A DNA stretch of 64,000 nt from Hydrolagus affinis (taxonomy: Eukaryota), in NCBI GenBank assembly GCA_012026655.1, contig JAAILG010000304.1, positions 1 through 64,000 on the forward strand, in the 5' to 3' direction. The translations under genes were made by a program, and so were the position numbers. The notes under the pieces were generated by a model that saw only the letters and a list, made by a program, of their open reading frames with translations, ran no database searches and was not told the DNA's origin. Shown here piece by piece: positions 41,101-55,224 of the stretch (position 1 is its first letter; each line of letters starts with the position of its first letter).

Positions 41101-43421
41101 GTAAAGAAATACTGAAGCTTCTATTAAAAATGCTGATCTATGTAAATGATGGGCTAAGAATGGTTCGAATTAGACACAAGCGTGAGCATAAAGTATGTAA
41201 GAAAGGTTCAAAACAATCATGTCTTACTGCTGCCAAACTCAGCCTAAATTGAATTTAGCTGATGTGCAGATTAGTTCTGAAAGCAGTCAGCCAGTGTATT
41301 TTGTAAAATAATAGGCATGAAATTGTGGAGTGTTGGGTGGGGGGACAAAATGAATGTAAGAATTATTCCTATATCAGGATGTGCAAAATTAGTTCAATTT
41401 TTCCACTGCTATTTCCACTTCTAGGAAAAGAAGGCCTGTTTTTCTTTCTATTTCTTCTTTAAAGCATAATAGTGCTCACAACTTCCATCTTACCCTTTCT
41501 GCTTTACTCTCCTTCGTGGCTGCTCCACATTCAGTCTGTTTCTGTGCATGCTGCATAACCATTTTTTTACAGTCTCCATTGGCATTTTCACTTGAATAAA
41601 TTTCCTTCTGACTCTTATTTTCCTTTCAAGACTAAATCTGCCATTCTTTTCAAACAATCAAAACTTGAAATATTGGGTTGAATATGACAAAAAAAGAACC
41701 AGCACATAATTTAGCAAAAATTTAAAGCACTTTTGTGTAAATATGTGTGAGCTCAGACCTGTTAAAGGCAGTTGCTTCAAGTCACTGGTCAGAAGAGAAG
41801 AGATGCTTTGACAGTTCTTAACCATGTTCCTGAGGGAGGAAAGCTGACATTTCATCGGCATTATCCCATTGAAGTGCACCTCCTTTCAGCTGATGCATTT
41901 AACACTGTTGTGTTGACTAACACTCAGACATTATTAAATATTAACAACTTCTGAAGTTTGGAAGAGTATATCCTGCTGATTTGGTGGTCTAGCTCCTCAC
42001 TCATATGGAAGTGAGTGGCTTTGAAGAAAAATAGGAGGAAATGGAGCAGTTTAATGAAGTATAGTTATTATGTATGCTATGCTATTATAAATTATTTAGT
42101 TTTAACCAAACATTACCACATAAAGGCAATTCAGCCCCTTGTGTCTAATATCTTATATTGTATATATTTACAATCATTACTTTGTCCTATGTCGCTGCTT
42201 TCCCAAATGATTCAGATTTTGTTTTAAAAAGTACTCTCCAGAAAAATTAATTCAAGGCCATGATCAAATAATGGGGCGGGATCCTCCATCGTGCTTTCTG
42301 CTTTTACAAACAGCTTTCAAATGGAAAATATCAAGCCGAGCATTTTTAATTGAATCAAACAATTATCAACTATTAAGCTATGATAAAGTCTGATGATTTA
42401 AACTTGTGGAAAGCAGCAACATAGTCTTCATCAACGAGATTATTGTAATTAGATTGAATCCTATCTTAACTTTGCTATTAGGAATAGTTAGAAAAGAGCT
42501 TGTTGGATTGATGTTTTACTATACAATGGTATTCAAAATTGTCAATTATAGAAAATATACACAGCATCCTTATGGGAAAATATTCTCTGTTTTAGGCTAT
42601 ATTTTATTTTTCTCTCCTTGAAATTCCATTTCTTACCACAATAACAAAAACAAAATTATATTCGTATAGTGTCTTTCATGTTGGGAGGATGTACCAAAGC
42701 GATGACAGAGCAAGAAGTCAACTTACTACAAGTTCTGTGCTAACACTGCATTATGTCCAATAGAAAATTATGGGAATATTGACCAAAAATTGTGGAGCAT
42801 TTAACAAATTTTGTTCAAAATTGCAGCGGGACTTGGTGGATTTGGGGGATAAATGCGGAGAGTTGATTAGTGCTATTGACAACCTACATTTTTTCACTTT
42901 TGATCAAAAATAAACAAAAGGAAATAACGAATATTAGACATCAGTTGTTTATCTGACATCCCACAGTGTCATTAATATAAACAGAGCGAGAGGCTTTGGG
43001 CCAGAAACAACATTCTTTTTAGCAGGTTGATAGTGATAGTGGATGGGATTGTTTATAGCAGATTCGGCGGGAATTTTTTTTATTGGCTGTAGCTATTACC
43101 CAAGTGAATTAACTTTGGCTGGAGCATTCCCATCTTCCTGAAAAAAAATCTGCCTTCATTGCACTTTCAGCCAGCTTTACCAAGATCAGGTATTCACTGT
43201 GTTCATTCCTGTCATGAATTTGTCACCACTCTGGCGCTGTGCCACTTGGGCAGCAGGATAAATTTTGGTTTTAACATGCTTTCTTTAATTTACCTGACTT
43301 CTCTGCTTATATATTAGAAATTAGTTATATAGTGCTGTGTACTTCTTGATCATCTTGGAATGTTATGCTCCCCAGATTCATATCTGACCTGTAACTGAAA
43401 TGCTAATGCTTTTTCTGTTGA

Positions 43422-43604
<183 letters not shown>

Positions 43605-43719
43605 TGAGAAGAAACCAAGAAACATGTAGGAAAAAGAACTTAGCAAAAATTACTTGGAATGGGTTAACTTGAGTGCATTGAATTGGGTTCAGTTGTATTT
43701 GTGTTGTGGGCATTTGTAC

Positions 43720-43875
43720 ATGATCCTGGTGTGCTGTGCGCAATTGGCTGCTGCATTTTCACCCACAAATATGTTGTCAATTCTCTTTACAGTATATTTT
43801 GTGAAGGGCTTTGATACGTCTAGAAGACATGAAAAGAGCTATGCCAAAATGCACGGATGATTATTATTATTATAA
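43720..43875 (+). mobile_element. SINE 3' half
   Basis: tgctgtgcgcaattggctgc...ctttacagtatattttgtgaagggctttga...gattattatt. Confidence 0.8.
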
Positions 43876-45294
43876 TTCAACTGTTGTGTTGTATTTCAGC
43901 AGTGAAAATAAACTATCATAAAAAATACTTGGGTATAGAGTATAAAAATACATTAGGAAAGCTAGTTTGACTGCTACTAGACTAGCTGCATGGTATGTGT
44001 TGTCCAATACAATATCCAGTATAGGTCCTTCCTCGACACTGAAAGCAGATGTTTGTTGAATAGCTGATGAGGAAACTCTGAGGCTTGGGGTGACAGCTAC
44101 TGGAACGTGTTACCTGGAGTCCAGGTTCTTGAACACATGCTCAGATATCCAGGGATTGCTACTTATGTTGATTACTATAGAGAGGTAAGCAGCTGCACGC
44201 CCAATTTGTGAACCACCTGTCAGTGGCGAGGCAGGAGGATGGAGGCACTGCCCTCATGCATTTCATGCTGTTGTACTGCTCATCAAAAGTCTTGCAGGAA
44301 TTCCCTGTTTCTACCATCACCCGATTCTTCCTATTTGGCTCCCGTTAGCCCTGGAAACCAAAGTCTTGGTGATTATGATGGGGTCTAGCTGGACAAACAG
44401 CAGGAAACTTGACACACAATGCCAACAATGGCAAGCAATGAAATATTAGCGGGTTAAACTCTCAACCGTATTCAAAATTCATTCTAACTCCTTAAACCTC
44501 GGTTCTGACCAAACTTTCTGAATTAAGGAAGCAGGGTGCGTTCCAATGGGCAGAGAATGCAGACTCTAATTCAGACATAGATCAAAGCATGAGATTCAGC
44601 AAAAAGCCATAATTTGCTCAGACTGCCATTTCCAGCGTTAAACACACTAAACACTTTCATTATCTTTATTATTAAACTAAATGGGCCTATGTTAAATAAC
44701 AAGTTCAAGGTCTTGTGCTTCGAGAGTTCAGTAGATCATTTGCAATACTAAGATTGATAAAATCCAGACTGCTAAAGTGTTATACAGTATTTGATTTCTT
44801 GGCCAATCGATTGTTTTTATTTTTGTGTTGAGGTTTATACCACAAGTGCTGACTTTATCCAATTCCCCTAATTGTCTCATTAACCCATGACATGGGAAAA
44901 CAGTGTATTGTATGCTCCACCCTCATTATTGTACCTGAACAGCTCACTGTTGACATGTTGTATCTCAGAGTTGAGTCCCCTATTACAAAAACACAACTCC
45001 TTTACTCATCCCTTTCGTTGCTTGAAACATTTTGCTCACAGCTTTTCCTTTCCAGTTTGGATATTATTTGACTTGACTTACCTCATCTCTATTCATTTAG
45101 GCAATATATACAGTACAATACAATCTACATTGATAGGTCCAGCTCCCTGAGCGTTGCTTCTCATCCAACTGAGCATAATACTTCCTGAATTTAGATAAGC
45201 AGGGTGCGTACCTGTGTGGAGACCTAGGTAATGTCCATTCCAGCCATAGGTAAATGTCCTTTCCACACATAGGACAATTTTTTTTTTTTTTGTC

Positions 45295-45441
45295 ATTTCA
45301 ATCTACGACTGTTTGTGGATACTGCTATGCGCTGTGTTTCGTCCACAAATATAGTCAATTCACTTTACAATATATTCCATCAAGCGCTTTGAGACATCTA
45401 GAAGATGTGAAAAGCGCTGTATCAAATGCAAGGATTATTAT
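45295..45441 (+). mobile_element. SINE 3' half
   Basis: gactgtttgtggatactgc...gtgaaaagcgctgtatcaaatgcaaggattatta. Confidence 0.8.
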
Positions 45442-48400
45442 AGGTAATCTCTGTGTATTTGGACACATCAGACTGAAAGTTGCATAAATCCATGTGTGCA
45501 ACAGTCATAATCTGTCAGGAACCTCAACAACTAAAACTGTTATATATATCCCAGGTGTAATCCAACATTTTTGATTTTGCTTTATGCAATACTATGATAT
45601 AGTATTAAAATTGAGAGATTAATATCATAAAATTTCAAGTAAACTTCTAACTTGCGCTGTCTAATGTTTCAAACAGACTTGCAGTTTTGTTTGTTGGTTC
45701 AGTCAAATCAGCCATTTATTTTGGAAGCTGCCAAGTGCCGTCCCTTCTAGAACTACAAATTGGCCCAAGCCCATTTAAGACTTTGGTTACACTCCTGATT
45801 AATGGAAATTGGAAATGTAAGTGCTACAGCCAAATCCTATATTGCCCCCCCAAATGCCTCATGCTCTTTAAATGGCTAAGAAATTGCATCTAAAAATCTT
45901 AAAGCAACATCTTCATTGGTTTGTGTAGGTCATTTTGTTTTGAACGATTGCTTGTTTTAGTCAGCATTTCCAATGCGGTAGCAGAGGAAGCTCAGGGAAA
46001 AAAAAGTGCTGACCAGAAGGCAGCAATGGACAATTTCCATAACTCCCAGCTTGTGAAACCACCCCCACTGTGGACAGGATGGTTTCACGAGCCAGCAGAA
46101 ACACAGTTGTGTAATTCATTGGACGCACCCGTCCAAACAATACTAAATATGGTATTCATCAGTGAGGCACAGGACACTTCTAACCCCAGGAGGTGTGCTC
46201 AGAGCAGCAAGCTGTTATGGTCTGTTTGGTCTGAATAAAATCAGAAGCCTAGTTGGTCCAAATTGCAACAGTAGCTGCTAACTAATGTGACCAAAGGATT
46301 GTGCAGTGAAAACATTCTGTGATCAGTTCTGAATTAAATGTTTTACACTTGTCTTTCCGCCTCCTACAAGATGATAAAGTGCCATCTTCTAAGGATATGA
46401 ATGCTGAAAGACTTACTTTTCTCTCTGTGATGAGATTTAAATCTTTTATTAAATAAATATTATGGCAGCAATCGCAGTATTCACTGTTTTGAGCACTTTG
46501 GATAGGGACTGTATTCAATAATATTAGATTTTCCACTCTAAATGTAGGGATGTAGAATGGGATATTCAGTGTGATATTTATCACATCAGAATTTCTGGTT
46601 CAACTGCCACAGTTGGTGAGTGTATTGCGATGAGTATTTATGAACCAGCACTGAAATTTTGCAATCCATTTAATATCTGTGGCTGTCACCTCAAGTTGCT
46701 TGAGATCTACCTAATCTTTATGAATTGGGGGAGGCATGTTCACCAATTATCTTTGCCATTAGCAGAAATTCTGATGAAGTGCCAATTATTACCAATGATA
46801 ATTATCATCTCGTAAGTCTCATTCTTCACCATATGATCTTAATTGGGTTACACTTTGATTTTATAACGTGTTTCTTCTAATTTTTAGTAATGAAACATGA
46901 TTGTTTCATGGATGTCACTATTTTATGACTTCATCAAAATTTTAAGTGTTTGGTCTGAGAGCAACTTTGTGATTGCCATGGTCAAATGGAATTCTTAGTG
47001 TTGTGTATTTGTCATTTGATAGATGGATATGTTAATCAATCGGACTTGCCTTTGTCATAAGGCGCATCGTTCATTTTTTGGCCTTGGTTGTAATCTTTTT
47101 GCTGACAGTGCACTTTTTCCGGTGATATACATGCCTTCAGGTTTTAGTTTTCACTCAAATTTACAGAAGAAAAGAAAGATGTCTCCCAATGGCTCATTGA
47201 ATATACGACAACACAGGATTTCCCAAACAGCACTGACCAAAAAATCTTTTAGGTTCATCCCCTGATCCATGTTGAGTTTGCCTCATAGGGGAAGAAATTA
47301 TCCAGAGTCCCCAATGTGTAGATTGCTACTGGAAATAGGAGCACTGGTGATATCAAATAAGGGCAAGATCAAGCAATAATTTTTCCAATAGTCAAATATC
47401 TTGCTGCAATTCCTTGTTTGGGCTTGCCCATGCTTAATCACTAATTGAGTGAGCTACTAGAAAGTTGGCAACAAAACATTAACTTCGAGCAAGTTAACAA
47501 ATTCCAGAGGAGAGAATGGAACAAACTGTAGTGATAAAAGTCTTGATTTTGTTCTCCATGCCTCTCTCAAAATTGACACAACAATACAATACTACGATCA
47601 AAGAAAAAGGTTTACAGGCGGTACCTAAAGATGAGAAAGGAGTGGGTGAGGCGAAGGGGTACTAGCGTTGTAATTGTTTGAACCCCATGAGCAGCAGATA
47701 GAGAGAATTTTCTGATTGTGGGATTCAAATTGAGTCATAGCCACGATGTCCCTGGTCACTTGAAGCCCAGTAGGAAAGGTGAGGCTGCTCAGCTACTGCA
47801 TTGGCACGTGCTAGGAATTGGAAGTTGGGGGTCTACAGGTGTGCACAGACTTGCAGAATTTTTTAAAAAAATGTAGGTTTCTGGCCTGTTCCAACTAGGT
47901 ATGAATTTTATGAATATTTGGAGTTCAATAAGACAGGCTATACTGTATTACAATAATTTTGGTGCCTTTAATTCCTCTGGAATGGCTTGCTGTTCCAGAG
48001 AAAAAAAAGGGCAGCAAACAATTGGTGAACAGGTATACTGAGACTAAATATCTCACACATGTATTCTGTCTTGCTCAGGCATTTTTCTATTTGTTAAATT
48101 TATAGCTGTGGAGAACTTGACACCTGCAATGTAAAATAAGTACATTAAAAAAGAGAGAACAGCATATGAGGGAAACCATCTTGAACTTCTTCATCAGTGT
48201 CACACAAGGCAAAACCACAATAAATCAGTAAATAACATTCAAACATGGAAAATTTTGTAAAACAACAGGAATCAGCACCACAACATTAGACAGCAGTGTC
48301 GAAACTCCAACAAAGAAAACGAAAAAGTCAAACTTTAACAGGGTAAAAATATTTGTATCTGGTATCCTGCACTACAAACAGAAAATCTAAAAGAACAATG

Positions 48401-48599
48401 TTGATCAAAGGGTTGATACAACCAAAGAACTAAGTACAAAGAAAAGTTGAAACCTGAAAATTACAACCAAGGTTGTGAGGATGAATCAAAAGCCTTCATA
48501 GCAGAGACAGGCAAGCAACAGATATTTTACCCACTTTCCTGCCAGCATAAAGCAGTTCAGTTTTGATCTATTTGGCAAAGGTTGGAGATAATGACTCAA

Positions 48600-49657
48600 A
48601 ACCTCCTCAGTACTGTATAATCAAATTTGGTAACAACGTTGAAATCCTGAACATTTTTAAATCAATGAACAATGAAATCCATCTGTCTCTGCTTGGCCCA
48701 GATTGTTGTATTCACCTAAACACTGTTTCGTTCATTGGTAAATTTTGTATTTTTAGACTTGCTCCAAGTCATTTTGCAATGATGTAAACCACAAAACTTT
48801 ATAGAATTCTTATTTGTTTCTGGCCCACTACCTTTTCCATTTATTATCACCCATTACTTTCCTAATGCTGAGCTAAATTTCATCTCAATTATAAAATTTT
48901 GCTCTTGATTGAAGTTTTCTTTAAAAGCCTTTAAAAGAATGTTATTAAATTCCTTCTAAAAATTCAAGTAAATTGGATAACCATCATCCAATAGTTACTT
49001 CCTCAAGGAGGTCAAGTAGATTTTTGAGGCGTAACGTATTGCTTCTAAATTTTTGGCAACCCTTTGCACTCTTCAGATGAGTATTGATAACTTCCCAAAT
49101 AACATATTCAAGCATTCTGCACAATACATTTGTTAACTTATCTATAATTATCGCTTTATTTTTCTATAATAAGGTCATTATACCTTATTTCTACCCTCCA
49201 TGCCTCTAGTATAATTCTAGTTATAAGAGGCTGCAAAATATTAACCAGAGCCTCGCTTATTTCTTCTCGCATTTCCCTAAGGATCTTGGGGTGTAGTCTG
49301 TCTGGCCTGTTTGCCTTATGAGCATTTAATTTTTGAATTTCTTCACAAAGTAACTGGATCTGGAATGTGATAAGTCTTTATTTTTGAAAACTGCTGTGAA
49401 AATATCTAATATATTCATTATAACTGTCTGTTATTTAACACACTTGCTGTATGATATCTTTGAATCATGATTTTTGCTTCCTGAAATCTGCTTTCCTCTA
49501 GCCTCTTACTTCTCTAGTATTTCCCTTTCTCAGCCTTAACTGTGTTTTGTACGAATTTGTCCTCAAAAATATTTTGTCTACCTTAAAATCTTCTATTTGT
49601 CCAAATATTTTACTCATCTTCTGAAGAAATTACTTCTTTTGAGGCATGTGTGATTTT
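48600..49657 (-). mobile_element. Degenerate CR1 LINE ORF2 (RT domain) fragment
   Basis: Minus-strand remnants KLNAHKANRPDRLHPKILREMREEISEAL (cf. KAPGPDGLHPRILKE), then NLLDLLEEVT..DDGYP..LNF.KAF. Confidence 0.75.
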
Positions 49658-49659
49658 TA

Positions 49660-50546
49660 CCGTATATCTCCGCGTATAAGGCGCACCCGCGTATAAGGCG
49701 CACCCCCCACTTTTGACCTTTTCTTGGTGAAAAAAAATGGAAGCATTTTCGATGATATTGCCGGCAGAATGGAGGAGAGACAGGAGAGACAGGTAGGTAG
49801 GGAGAGAGAGAGACAGGCAGGCAGGGCAGGGAGGGAGAGAGGGAGGCAGGCNNNNNNNNNNNNNNNNNNNNNNNNNNNNNNNNNNNNNNNNNNNNNNNNN
49901 NNNNNNNNNNNNNNNNNNNNNNNNNNNNNNNNNNNNNNNNNNNNNNNNNNNGCTGTCAGCCGGGGTTTGGTCAGTGTCCGGCGGGGGTTGGGAGGAGCGG
50001 GTGACGGGGCTTCGGCCTCGGCCGCAGCAGCAGCGGACTTCAGTGCTGAGCCTGCCGGAACCCTAAGGTATTTTACAGGCAGGCAGGGAGAGAGAGAGGC
50101 AGGCATGGAGGGAGAGCGGCAGACAGGCAGGGAGAGAGAACGGCAGGCAGGCAGGGAGAGAGAGAGAGCGGCAGACCGGCAGGGAGAGAGAGAGGCCGGC
50201 AGGGAGAGAGAGCGGCAGGCAGGGAGAGAGAGCGGCAGGCAGGGAGAGAGAGCAGCAGGGAGGGAGACAGGCAGACTGGGTTTGGCAGAAGGCAGGCAGC
50301 AAACACAGCACTGAAGTCCGCTGCTGCTGCCGCTGCCCCGGCGGCCGAGGCCGAAGCCCCGTCACCCGCTCCTCCCAACCCCCGCCGGACACTGACCAAA
50401 CCCCGGCTGACAGCGCGCCGGCCGCCCCTCCTGTTTACTGTATCTCCGAGGCTGAAAATTTCTTGTACCTGCGTATAGGGCGCACCCCCAACTTTCGAGA
50501 TCTTCCGACGTGAAAAAAAGTGCTCCTTATACGCGGAGATATACGG
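49660..50546. mobile_element. Young non-autonomous Tc1/mariner (Tc2-like, CCGTA termini) element containing GGCA/GA repeats and an assembly gap
   Basis: TA|CCGTATATCTCCGCGTATAAGG ... CCTTATACGCGGAGATATACGG|TA: perfect 22-bp TIR, with CpGs intact. Confidence 0.88.
49852..49951. other. Assembly gap (100 N)
   Basis: Run of 100 N; true length unknown. Confidence 0.99.
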
Positions 50547-50577
50547 TAGTTCATATTATTTGCTGTGCTTCCAAATA

Positions 50578-50974
50578 CAGTAAAAGCCTGTTTATCCGTG
50601 ACCCGATCAACCGGATTGCTCGACCCCCTCCCAGGGCAACTCCCCATTCCAGCAATCAAAGTATGCTCACTTTGCACATGTGTACAATGCATAAGCACTT
50701 ATTAAACTTACGAACTTGGGCTTTTTAACCAATCGGTAAAAAAGCCCAAGTTTGCAAGTTCATAAAAAATGCTTTTTTACCGATCTTTTTACCATGCTGG
50801 AATTTTTATTGGTATTCCATACAATATTCTGTTACTATTTAGTGTATTATTAATATGGTATGTTTTAAAATAAGTTAATTTTTTGTGTTGGGTTTTTGGC
50901 AACTTGCCGTCCGATTATCCGGCACAGTAAATTAGTCGACCCCCGGAGGGTGCCGGATAAATGGGCTTTTACTA
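50578..50974. mobile_element. pogo/Tigger-like MITE, same TIR family as 30784-30985
   Basis: TA|CAGTAAAAGCCTGTTTATCCG ... CGGATAAATGGGCTTTTACTA|TA. Confidence 0.82.
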
Positions 50975-51179
50975 TACCTTTCAAAATGTGTTCTGAACCA
51001 ACGATGTCCATCAATAGCAAGGGATAAATGTTTTTTTTTTTTTTTAAATTGCATGATAGAGGAATATTGTTCCCAACGTCAGGAAAAATGCTCATCTTCC
51101 AAATCATGCTGTAACATTTTCAGTAATCCGCTGGATCAAAAAAGTGGATAGCTGGGACCTTGGTGTGATGTCTTACCCA

Positions 51180-51650
51180 CCTAATTCAAGCCTGTGCCCA
51201 TATCCTCACTCACACCAAACTCCTTACCCTCATCACCTCAGTTCTTGCCAGGCTTCTCTTACTCGCTTTTGCAAAATGGATAGAATTCAAGATCCTCACA
51301 TTCATCTACAAATTACTTAATGCACTGGCACTTCTCTATTTCTACAACTTGTTCATTCACAACTCCTCTACCTGGCCCTTTGCTCGGCTGACTCAGGTGT
51401 TCTGCATAACCCTTCAACCACTTTGTACCACCATCAGTGGCCATGCATTGAGCGACTATGCTCTAACCGCTTGAAACTGCCTGTTTCAATTCCTCTGCCC
51501 TGGACCCTTTTTGTCAGTCTTCAGATAAAACTTTCCTCTGACTGCATCTTAGGGCGTCTCCTGTCTCGTTCTACCTCAGCATCAAACTATGCTTTTAAGT
51601 GCTCTGAAACACTACTCATATGAAGGGTTCTATATAATGTAAATTGTTAA
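51180..51650 (+). mobile_element. Older L2 3' fragment
   Basis: IEFKILTFIYK-like remnant and an L2 tail (..gaagggttctatataatgtaaattgtt). Confidence 0.65.
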
Positions 51651-54536
51651 CTAAATGATGGCACCTTCTACAGTGAAGTACCAGTCTATACTAGAAGTCA
51701 AGTCCTGGGGTGGGACTTGAACTCATAACCTATGTCCCAGAGATAAGAATTACGAGTGATTGAGGAAGGACGTTATAGCTAAAAATTATTTTCACATTTA
51801 AGCTCTGCTCTTTCTTCTTGAAACTAGTATAATTCATTGAAGCCCATCCACAAATTAGCATGGATATCTGTGAGTTTGTTTTCCATTATTGACCTTATGT
51901 TTGCCTTTCATAAACTGAAATAATTGAGGCTGGTCAGTGAGTGGTACTTGTGTAGTACAGGAAGAGAAAAATTATATAATCCTCATACTGAATCAGAAAT
52001 ATCTTCGAGAAAAATATCCCTGTTTCTCCCTTCCCTACAGAGAAAAGCTGTTTCCAAATAAATGTATACACGTGGGATTATTGATATTTAGGCGGAGGTT
52101 ATTGCAAACATTGGGAATGCGTTGGAACACCCTATTATGTCATACCAGCGGCCTTTCTCCAAAGGAGTGGAGATGGTTTCAATTATTAAAGTCACAACGT
52201 TGATTTAGCCCCAAACATTAATTCATTTAAAGTGAGTCATTGACCTTGAATGAATGTTTAATGTTTTATTGTACAAAGGACAGGATATTTTATAAATGGC
52301 ATAAACCGCTACACAGAAAGAAACCCTACCCTTGCCAGTATGATCCCAAATGTGATCTTATTGTCATCATCAGTTTCAGTATTGCATATGTATGCCAGTC
52401 ATTTAAAAGTAATTCCAGATGTAATGTTGTTGAACTGCGTCTGGGCAAAACAATAGGCAGAACATTGTCTGTTTTCAAAGTTTCAGGCTGAAAGCCATGT
52501 GGAGAAGGTCAAAGGAAGAACTACACTGCAGTCACTTAGTTCTGCAAATTCCTGGATCCATCCCCCTGTGCTCTAAAATGTTCACATTCGCACTGAGGTG
52601 GATTTCACAGTACCAAAAGCAGTAGAGAAACACGTTCTGTGCACAAGTTATATGTACCCAGTTGTTTGCAAATTACAAACTACCAATTTCATTTCTGGCC
52701 CAGCGTTGATCTTTGATCACCATCTGTACGAGCAATATGAAAACTCCCATCACTTGTCTTTATGGGCCTGCTGAGCTGTCAGCCCACCCACAGCCAGAAA
52801 CAAATGACAGCAGACTCAATAAGAAACACTTTTTTGGATTATTGCCTCCAGAAGCCTAGAGAAAATATTTTTTACAGTGGTACTCCATGACTTCAAGAGG
52901 TGGCAGCACCGGCTCCATTTCTAAAGAAACAACTTTCATTTATATCATTGAAATGACTGAAAGCACTTCACAGATAATGACTGTCAAGGTGGTTGGTAAT
53001 GTAAGGTAAATGTGGCATTTGAGGCATGAGAATATGGTAATCTACTAGAGAGTAGGGATCAGAGGCAGAATCTGGTACCCGCTGATGGAAATGCTATCTG
53101 CCACAGAATCCTCCAAACAGATTTGTTGTTAAAACAGTACCACCCTGACCAGCTGTGTTCAGTGACTGCATTAGCATCATTAATAGTGTTATTTCTTCTA
53201 GCCCCAGGTCACAACTTGACCTCACATCTCATGTCAAAGAAAAAGGTTTTTTATTACAGATATTTACATTTCTACAGAGTTATTACTTATATCTAAGTGG
53301 GCAGTTTGATAGATTGGATACATCTTTAACACATAATTTTGTTTAATTAAACTAGTTGCCTGTCAGTTGCTCTCAAGTGCATGTCTCATTTTCCAGGTAT
53401 TGATTGAACTTATCTGTCTTAGCAGGACCTCTCCACAATTACACTATGTACTAAATGTCCCATTTAGTTTTATTTAAGTACCTGTGTGAAAAATGTGTGT
53501 ACGGTGCTTACATATAATTATAAATATTATTTATGCATGTATGTCTGGAAAGGAGTTGGAACTGGTTGAATGCATCATATGTTGCAATAGTGAAGGTTAG
53601 GTGTTTTAGTATTTTGTTCAGATTCCTCAATTTTGTTACAGCCAATGTTTGTGTTGTACAGTGCTATCATAAAATTGAGGTACAGCCTTTTATTAGATTG
53701 CCCTTTTATTCGATGTGCGTTGTCCTCTACACAACATCCCTGTACACACTTTATGGAAAATGTTTGTTTCATTACTTACGTTAGAAATATTGGAGCACAA
53801 CTACACATTTAAGTCACAGGGGCCACAATTCCACTGCTCAGAGAGAATGGCCTTCGTACTGATGTTCCTAAATTCATTTTGCCCTACTGAAGATCCTTCT
53901 GACTTTGGCTTACAATAATTCCCATCTAAAGTACAAAAATAAAAAATACATTCAACATAATCTCTTTGTCTACCCTAAAAAAGAACACTTGTGGTATAAA
54001 CTGATAGTGCTATACAGTAAGTACTGTAATCAAATGCAAAATGTTTGCCAAGTACAGTATAAGGAGTGGAATCCGCATAACCAACTGGTTGCACTCAATT
54101 TACCAGCTTGTGTGAGGTATTTTCTACTCATAGCTTTCTGCATACTTGGTTTTTTTACACACTGTGATATTAAAGTTCTGTTCAGTGTGTTGAATTATAA
54201 TTACCTTAATGTATTACAAGATGTTATCTTGAGGACTATTTGCTATCACACAGTTCAGCTATGTTCAGACATATTTTTATTTCAGTGTTTTCTTTTTTAA
54301 AAATAAGTTTGGAATCCAAGCTCAGGTCTTTTGCAAACCTCAGAAGAAGTAGAAATGAATACTTTTTTTCTCTGCAGCCAGTGGTAGAAGAAGAGGACGT
54401 AGTGCAGTTCCTTTTGCTTAGGAAGGCTAGTCTTCACCAGTCTTGTTAGTATCAGGCATAGGATATAAAATGGAGAGCCAGATGCGGAAGTAACAAGCAA
54501 GGGCCGGCCTTCAGAGAGAGTGGAGTTTTCCTGAGT

Positions 54537-54612
54537 TATATTGAGTAAGGTAAGCCCAGCGATATTGAGTAAGGTAAGCCTAGCAATATTGGTAAGGTAA
54601 GGCTAGTGATAT
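54537..54612. repeat. ~24-bp tandem repeat x3
   Basis: (g)atattgagtaaggtaagcc(c/t)agc units. Confidence 0.85.
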
Positions 54613-55224
54613 CTATAATGATGCCATCTAGGTTTATTGTTGCCCTTACGCTTGAAGCATAATACAGTACCCTTGAACCTTTTGTAACGCATAAACCTAT
54701 GCCTTTAAACTGTACTGTAGCTGCTTCGATACATAGATCAACAACAACAACAACAACAAAATTACATTTATAGAGCGCCTTTCACATTGGGAGGAGGTCC
54801 CAAGGCGCTGATCAAAATCTGAATAGTAAACAATTATTATTCTTTTACCAAGGATTACAAATTTACAGATTGTGCAATCTATATTGTTGTAACATAGCAC
54901 CTGCCTTAACAAAACTGTTGCCTGTGGTTCAGCCCAGTTAAGAACTGACCAAAGTCTTCCAACTGAGGCAAGGCAATTTGAGTGAACTACTCGGCATCTT
55001 AAACTTATCACCATGTAGTTCTGACATTAGTTCTTAGCTCCGCAATCCTCTGTATTATATATTTTAAAATTCTTGTACAACCTTATATTAAAAATGTTTC
55101 TACATTGCTGCAGAGTTTAGGAAATGTTGCATCTCTGATTGTTTAATTGTTGCACATACAAAATATAATCAGTTATCTCGGCTGTTAACTAAAGTAAGAG
55201 CATGAAACTAATAGCTAATCCAAA

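Noticed and set aside
44060-44085. Hammerhead ribozyme core CTGATGAG-GAAAC
   Set aside because: No stem II between the boxes and no convincing flanking stems.
49657-50399. GR/E-rich and L/S/P-rich ORFs up to 196 aa
   Set aside because: Translations of GGCA/GA simple repeats and the N gap inside a MITE.
54378-54449. The true next LRBA exon (begins with Pro in phase 0)
   Set aside because: PVVEEED.. does not match the expected PIGALNPKR and hits a stop; kept only as a cryptic exon candidate.
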